From NCBI GenBank assembly GCA_977862235.1, contig OZ374563.1:1302001-1366000 (forward strand): a DNA stretch of 64,000 bases, written 5' to 3'. A program made the translations under genes and the position numbers. A model generated the notes under the pieces. That model was not told where the DNA came from. It ran no database searches and was given only the letters and a program-made list of their open reading frames with translations. Positions 57,093-64,000 of this stretch are shown here, piece by piece (the first letter of the stretch is position 1; each line of letters starts with the position of its first letter). This stretch comes from Dudresnaya verticillata. Its lineage: Eukaryota.

Positions 57093-58820
57093 ATGCCTCC
57101 CCACTTTTCTCTTGCGGAACTTGACCGCGTGTTACTGCACGCGCCGCAGAGTTCTGCAAGTTATCCGACGCCGGCCGACTTCGAGGGCAAGACGCCGTGG
57201 AACGACTTAATCGACTTTGCGAATGCACCGTGGATGTTCCACTCTAACTTTGGCAATCATGCCCTGATTGAGCAATATGTCTCGAATGATGGTTACTTAC
57301 CTGGGGGACTTCCCCTCCGCGTCCTCCGTACGCCTGACTGGCGTCGTCATGGTGCGATTCGGCCGGAGTGGATCCGTCGCCATGGTGGCGAGGACGTCCG
57401 CAAAGCGCGACTGCGGTATGTCCGCTTGGTTCTGCAGCGATTGTCGCGTACACCGGGTCGAGAGGTTATTCCTCATGGATACTGGTTGGATTTGGGTGTG
57501 TATCGCACCAATGGGGAAATCCCCTATGCGGACGCCCTCGAGAACCTCCCCATCCCGCACGCGTGGGACGGGGTGGAGCCGCGGGTTCGTCAGTCGGCGC
57601 TGCTGATGGGCGTACAGCTCCGTGCGGAATTCCGCTTCATACGCAAGCGGGCGAACAACGCGTATTGGGATAAGATCAGGTGGGAGCGGCACGTCCGCTC
57701 CCGTCTGGGATTCCTGGTCCCATATCCAAATGTCGAGATCGACGCGATTCACCGCAACTATCGAGATCGATGTTATATTCGGCTGCCAGTCCCGCAATGG
57801 GGACTGGTGGGGATCTGTGAGGGATTCCTCGTGGAGTTGTCGCCTGCGGTGAGTTACACCATGTCGTCGGTCATCGGCTACCCGCAATCCGGGTTGTGGA
57901 CCGTCTACTACACGGAATTCGTGGCGAAAACGGCGACTCAGTGGCTGTGGGAACTTTACGACACGTACCGCATGTGGTACGTGTCGCCCACAGTCCTGGG
58001 GTGCTTTGACCAGTTGGACTTCAAGGTGGTTCTTGGCGGCGTTAATAATGAAGCGGAGTTCCGCGTATTGTTGGGGTTCTTCTCCCAGATCGACTGGGAC
58101 CGCGACGAACAGCGCGTCCCGTTGTGTAACAACAAGAGGAGTTCCTCGGCTACGAACTTTTCGCCTGGGCGTCGGCATCCCGTGTGTGGCGATTGGGCGT
58201 GGTTCGACCCATGGACGCGCACATTTGTTTCTGCGGACCGTGCCGCTTGGTTGCGCAGCCATCCGCGTTCGATGCCACCGGGGCAGCCGCGAGGCTACCT
58301 GGTGGATCCCGAAGCGGTTGGGGTACCAGAGTCGGACGACGAGGAGTATTTCTCGGGTTTAGGTGACAATGGGGAGTTCCCCGAGGACGATACGATGACG
58401 GTTGATGAGCCGGTGGGGGAAGACTGCCCAGCCGTGGCATCGCCGACTACCGCGGATGCCCCGGTTGCGGCGATGGGAGTGGCGGCTGACGCGGGTGGGA
58501 GCAGCGGCGGCGGCGCTGTTATTGCGAGCGTGCCAATCGTTCGGCCGCCCGCTATTCGGCCGCCGTCACCTGACCCGGAAAGCCAGCCTCGCGCACGTCG
58601 CGTGCGACTGAGCTTCAGTCAGCGCATTGCCGTAATCGGCTTTTTGCGTAGAACGGGAATTCCCGAGATTGCCATTGGCGGCAGTGATGAGGAGCTCTCG
58701 AGGTTGCCGTGGGTAAAGGGCATAACCCGGATGGCGAGGATGAAGCAGGCCCAAGCGGGCCTGCTGATGTCTAGTCGAGCGTCGACATTTGGCGTGGGGC
58801 AACCGACCCTGTGGGAGTAG
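57093..58820 (+). CDS. Antisense accessory ORF of element C, intact, ~575 aa, unknown family
   Basis: ATG at 57093; Trp/Tyr/Arg-rich domain homologous to 40547-42852. Confidence 0.85.
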   Translation: MPPHFSLAELDRVLLHAPQSSASYPTPADFEGKTPWNDLIDFANAPWMFHSNFGNHALIEQYVSNDGYLPGGLPLRVLRTPDWRRHGAIRPEWIRRHGGEDVRKARLRYVRLVLQRLSRTPGREVIPHGYWLDLGVYRTNGEIPYADALENLPIPHAWDGVEPRVRQSALLMGVQLRAEFRFIRKRANNAYWDKIRWERHVRSRLGFLVPYPNVEIDAIHRNYRDRCYIRLPVPQWGLVGICEGFLVELSPAVSYTMSSVIGYPQSGLWTVYYTEFVAKTATQWLWELYDTYRMWYVSPTVLGCFDQLDFKVVLGGVNNEAEFRVLLGFFSQIDWDRDEQRVPLCNNKRSSSATNFSPGRRHPVCGDWAWFDPWTRTFVSADRAAWLRSHPRSMPPGQPRGYLVDPEAVGVPESDDEEYFSGLGDNGEFPEDDTMTVDEPVGEDCPAVASPTTADAPVAAMGVAADAGGSSGGGAVIASVPIVRPPAIRPPSPDPESQPRARRVRLSFSQRIAVIGFLRRTGIPEIAIGGSDEELSRLPWVKGITRMARMKQAQAGLLMSSRASTFGVGQPTLWE

Positions 58821-60611
58821 CCCATGCGCTGTAGTAGGGAGAGCGCCGCCATGATCAGGACTTATTAAAGTTTGTGCCTGTTGGTTGTGTTGTTTGCCGT
58901 AACGCGGCGCGTCGCTCTTGGGGGAGTTTCCCTCGGCGAGTGGTAATGCGTAGCGACTCGTGTAGGCATATGCCGATTGCGGACGACGAACGCGATATGT
59001 CGCCAGTGAGGCGCATGCTGTTCAGTGTGGAAGTCCACATTTCGTTAGCGACTTGGACGGAGGGGTTCCCCCGTCGCTAGAGGTGCGAACGCTCAAGGCC
59101 GTTGGCGGCTTAGAGCGGTAGGTACGGATTTCCGTTTTGGGCATGGCTCGTAATGCCGACTTAGTCGTGAACGACTTGGCGGAGGAGGTGCGGCGTGCTT
59201 GCGGTCGTCCGCTAGGGTGGGCCGCTGTGTGTACGCATGGCAGGTGATTGGTGCGGATTGCGCCGGCACCGTAATTATCCAATGGATATTCATGGAGTGG
59301 CACGCCGCACGTGACTTGAATGCCCACTGCGGCGCGTACAGTAGACCAAACGCGTACTGTGATCTAGCCACATTAATTGGCTATACAGAAGTCTGTTGAC
59401 GAGCGTGCTTGCCTACGTTGCATGCTGACCCGGCTAACCGGACGCAGTTGCGTACGCGCCTCTCTGAGTAGTTAGGCGATAGGGCGATCCAGCCCGTCTA
59501 GATAAGTGGAATGCCACGCGAACAATGGCCTGCCCACTGTAGGAGCGCCGAAGGGCTTGGGCGCGGATTTTCGGTTGTGTGGAATACCACTTGTCTCGAA
59601 CGTTTCCGGAGGTAGGTGCCGCATGGGCACACGCAGGCGGAGGTACACCCTTATCGTTGAGTCAGGGGTACACCAGTCCGCCAGTGGCCCGCGGTGAGTG
59701 TTCACGGAATTCCGTTTCAGCATAGTTGCTGTTATAGAGTCTGCCGTAGGCAATGGGGAGGTGGCTACAGTAGTTGGCTATGACCTTTGTAGGGGTGTTC
59801 CCCATTTGTTGGTCATAAAAGGGATTTCGTGGGGCACCATATCGTAGTGAGGTAGGGGGCATCGCGTCGGGTCCGATACGTGCGCCCCATGATGTGGCAT
59901 TCCACTTTTCGTATGCGGCCTAGGTGAAGGAATCCCCTTTCAAATGGGGGAGCCGATGCCTGAGGCAATCGACGATACACGGTAGGGGTTACCGAATCCC
60001 ATGTGAGGCATAATTGCCTTTGGATTTGCGGGCCCATTCGTGACGGTATCGGCCGATGATTACGGAGTTCCGTTATAAGCATGAGTGCTCTTGGCAGAAT
60101 CCGCCGTGGACGGCTTTGGCGGCAGCTGTGAGTGAAAAGGAATATGGAGAGGTTGGAGTTGAACAAGATGAGAAATGGAAGTCGCTTGACTTCGTTTACT
60201 GCAGTCGACCATCCGACAAGGCTTATATCAGCTTTTCGGATGAGTTGCTGCGTGAACACAAACAAAACAAATCATTAAAGAAACGCCCAAAATCCCTATC
60301 ATCAAATGGGCGGGAAAAAGTAAAGCAATTAAATCTACCAAATCATACTCTCAGCACACTCACATCCGCCACCAAAATGGGCGGGAACTTGCACACCAGT
60401 GTTGCTAACTGCTGACATCAGCAATCCCTCTTGCGACCGCATTTCCTGCCATCCATATGTACTCCAACTTTGGGCGGGAACTCGAAAGTATCGAGTGTCC
60501 CCGCATGGCTGCTGTCGGACAACACTGCACACCACGTGGCCGCACTTACGAGCTCAAGTCCGTCCATGAATATCCAACTTGGATCATTGACCACGTAATC
60601 ACCCAGATTTG

Positions 60612-60693
60612 CCTACGTGGCAGCTGTAAACCAACGTGTCGGCCGCACGACACCTACGTGGCAACTGTAAACCAACGTGTCGGTCGCACGACA
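60612..60693. repeat. 41-bp tandem repeat, 2 copies
   Basis: CCTACGTGGCA(G/A)CTGTAAACCAACGTGTCGG(C/T)CGCACGACA x2. Confidence 0.85.
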
Positions 60694-61668
60694 ACTGCAT
60701 CTGCTGATATCACAAGCCAGGCTCCACGTAGCGCAAGTCCCTGCAGTACCAACTCAGACGCCATCAGCACATTGCATGGCACGTTCATGTGTACTCGTGG
60801 AGTACAGTGCGCGTCATACCAGTACCATTCCATGCCATACCACGTGCATTCATGTGGTCCAATCAGATCGTTCCACTTGGCCGTTCCTGTTATAACCGCC
60901 AATTCCAGCACAACACTTGTAAGCCATATAGACCATGGAGGCGGTTTGTAAGAACCAATCAGAAGCCCGTTTCACGTTGCTTTTGCAAAAGGCCTAAATG
61001 CGCCGTGATTTTGGAAGCCCGGAAAAAGGGCTGTCGTCTCCGGAAGCTTTGGTGAAAGCGTGCCAGGGTACCATCTGGGGTACCTGACCCGTGACGTGAG
61101 GTGCCAGCGACCATGTCCTCAACAGTGAGGCGTACTGCGCCGACTGCGCTGTGCTACAGTCCGTGCAGGGGTGTTCCCTATTTGCGTTTGCCGACAAGGG
61201 CGTTGTGGGGCGCCTCATATGAGCGGGGTCGGGAGCGTTGCGTTGTTTTTGGACGCGAGTGTCCCGTGTTGCGGAATTCCGCTTTTCGTGTGCAACCTGA
61301 GTCGCGGCGTTCCCCTTCGTATGGGAGAGCGGGCGCTCAAGGCCATTGATGGCTTGGAGCAGTAGTTACGGAATTCCGTTTTGTGTTTGCTCGCGTTATG
61401 GACTTAGTCGCATTCGACTTCGGGAGTGGTAATGGCGATAGCTTGCGGCAGACCGCTAGGGTGAGCGGGCGCGCGTAGGCAATATCCGATTGGCGCTGCG
61501 ATAATTAATATCTCGTCCGACGAATAAGGTGCCATACCGTGGTGTACAGTAGTCCCATTGTACTTGCGCCAACTACTGTAGCATCGACTCTTGGGCCCGA
61601 CTCTTCAATGTGGTATGTCCACTCTATTTGTGAGTTAGCAGACGTCTGCACGCTTGCTGTCTTGGGGT

Positions 61669-64000
61669 CTAGCCCACCATGGCCTTTGTAATAGTGGCGG
61701 GGACACCGAGGCGTCTCCTTTTACAGTAGGAGATGACTTGGCTCCGGGGGAGGTGCTGTATGGGCTCCCACGATTTTGGGATGACGGGTACCCGTACCAT
61801 TTCACTTCGAACAGAAGCTCTGTATTATCATAACTGTGGTTCGCCACTTTTTCTATGACATACTCGTCACGTGGCGGAGTATCTCCATTGTGTCGACGCC
61901 CTGATGACAGGGTGTCGTCTGGCGCCGGTGCTTGAGGTGGATCCTCTTGCTGAGGGCCTAGCTGCGACGCGCGTGGCGCGACGGCAGCAATACGGCGACT
62001 CCGTCTGGGGCTTGGCGTGCCAAGGGTCACGGTTGCAGCCCGATTGCGGCCTGCCACTTCCGATCCGAGGCTTCGGCTCGCGAGAGGCCGCGTAGGGATT
62101 TCCCTAATGCGGTCGTCAAATGTGACGCTCTTTCTTGATGGGCGTGGAGAATTCTCCTTGGGATGGTCTTGCGTTCTAGACGCACCTGGCGACACATCGC
62201 GTGTCGCGCTGTCGAGGGCGTGATCCTTCCCATCAACGGGTCGGGTTTCGGCTCTTCTAGGGGACCCTGGCTTGGGGCTCTCGGTTATTCGACGAGTAGG
62301 CGAGCCTTTGCGTAGTATATCCGGCTTTGTTGACTCTTGTGGGATATCCACATTTTCAAGGGTAGTTCTCGTTGGTTGCGAGAGGGGCTTCCCTTGAGGA
62401 GTATGCCCCAGGGCGGCAGTTGTGCCGGTATCGTGTGCAGGTTGCTGCTGGCGAGGCATTTCCTCTCCTACTGTACCGTCGACGGCCTTGGTGCTTTTCG
62501 TAGCGGCGTGCGGTTGATCCGCAGTGGGGTGCCCATTCGCGTGGGCGTCGTTCGCTGGCACGGATTCCGGCTCCAGACTTGCGGATGCAGGGGTTGGAGT
62601 GGGGACGGCGGCTTCGGCGCGTGTGGTAGGTAGCGAGTGCATTGCGGTAGTCCGCGCGCGGACGCCAGCGGTGCGTCCTGGTACCGTCAGCGGTGGTAAA
62701 TCCGCCAACCCGCGATCATTTCGTGGCTGTATGGCTGGTGCCACAGCATGAAAAGTAATTGGGGCATTTTCCCCGCGAGACACAGTAGCTCCGTCAGCGC
62801 ACTGCATTCGAGTATGATCATTATTGGGATCGTTTGTTGGCGGTAATTCCGCATCTATCGGATCTGCCGTCCCTTCGGCGTTGACTTGGTTGGCCGCGTC
62901 CCTTGGTGGGGCGGGTGCCAACACGACTCTGTCGCGGGAAATCCGCTCGTATTCAGGCCCGTCCTTCTCGACTATGACCGTCTTATCATTTGCGTCACTC
63001 ACGCGATAGGGGCCGTCGGCGATAGGCGCCAGTTTGTGTTTCGGGGTATCCTTCCCATAGTACTCCTTGCGTACGTAGACATAGGAGTCTACTCCGATGA
63101 CGTCGCGTGAGGGACGTACCCTGTTATCAAAATTGCGCTTGTATCGCACTTGTGTCTGGTCAACGCCTTTTGTGGCTGTTGATAGTAGTCCTGTGAGCCA
63201 GGACTGCCACTTGGCGTGGAATGTAGCCGAACTAGGCACTGGTTCCAATGAGGGATGTGCCTCGACGCTTAAAGCGGGTGGAGGTCTGGAAAGTACCAAC
63301 TGGAAGGGGGCCAGGTTTGTGGTAGAATGAACTTGCGTATTGTACGCGTAGGTGATGGCATCTGAGAATAAATCCCATTCACGCGGATGGTCCGCAACGT
63401 AGTGCAGTAGCGCGGCGCGCATTGTGCGGTTGAACCGCTCAACCTGCCCATTGCATTGGGGGTGATAGGTTGTAGTAAAGAGGTTTTTGATCCCCAAAGT
63501 TCCACATAACGACTGAAACAACTTTGCGGCAAATTGTCCGCCATTATCCGATAGTAGGTACAACGGGGGTCCGTAGACGTAGACCCAATGCGTAATGAAC
63601 GCTTCGGCAACTTTCGCAGCCGTAATCTTCTTCATCGGAACTGTCCGAACGAGTTTGGAGAAACGGTCTGTGATGACCAAGAGGAATCGATTGCCTCGTT
63701 TCGTACGAATCAGTTCGCCATACATGTCAATGGAGACAAACTCCAGGGGTGCTTTGGCTGGAAACAGCTTCATATGCTTGGTATTACGGCGTAGCATAAC
63801 GCGATTGCGTGCACACGTTGTGCAGTTTCTTACGGTGGCGTAACAGTCCACAGCCATGGAAGGCCAGTAGAAGGATCTACGGAGTGAGTAATACATCTTG
63901 CGACCACCGGGATGTCCGGATAGTTTCGGGAAGTGTGCCAGGTGCAGCACACTTGCGCGAAGAGTAAAGGGTATCACGATTTGAGGAAGTGCCTCTCGAG
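61669..64000 (-). pseudogene. pol: Integrase, long linker and chromodomain of element C (partial; frameshift near 61770)
   Basis: HFPKLSGHPG..CTTC, SDNG, GQVERFN and GPY. EYVIEKV..VKWYGY continues in another frame as WEPIQHLP..MVG*. Confidence 0.9.

Larger units (their letters stand above)
56176..64000 (-). mobile_element. Ty3/Gypsy chromodomain-carrying element C (3' part; continues beyond the window)
   Basis: Integrase and chromodomain, antisense ORF, PPT and 3' LTR are in the same order as in element A. Confidence 0.88.

Noticed and set aside
57297..58262. 321-aa minus-strand ORF overlapping the accessory gene
   Set aside because: No equivalent conserved ORF exists in element A; it is a shadow of the + strand gene.
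57093..58820. Third ORF interpreted as an env gene
   Set aside because: It is on the opposite strand to gag-pol and has no signal peptide or transmembrane anchor.

Overview
Eukaryotic genomic DNA, most likely from a florideophyte red alga. This is inferred from the compact, intron-poor genes, ~100-nt GT-AG introns with CTAAC/CTGAC branch sites, an M-x-A-F plastid presequence and an intronless BRR2. The window has two sharply separated halves. Bases 1-37.3 kb are gene-dense: a probable domesticated Sola-like transposase, a histone-fold (Bromo_TP/SPT7-like) protein, an ARM-repeat protein, a ferredoxin-MBL hydrolase, a membrane protein, zinc-finger proteins, two paralogous bZIPs, a non-catalytic IMP1-like S26 protein, a WBP4/FBP21-like gene head-to-head with BRR2, and a PP7-like phosphatase. 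Bases 37.3-64 kb are a nest of Ty3/Gypsy LTR retrotransposons that can be resolved from LTR termini and target-site duplications. Element B (+) is interrupted by full-length element A (-, TSD TTGCC) and by element C (-), and A carries two solo LTRs. The strongest candidate for an undescribed system is in A and C. Each carries a homologous ~580-770 aa antisense ORF of unrecognised family between pol and the 3' LTR, and each has its own repeated 12-bp motif in and around that gene. A and B also have primer-binding sites matching a tRNA-Tyr-like 3' end. All homology calls are by eye from recalled motifs; no searches were run.
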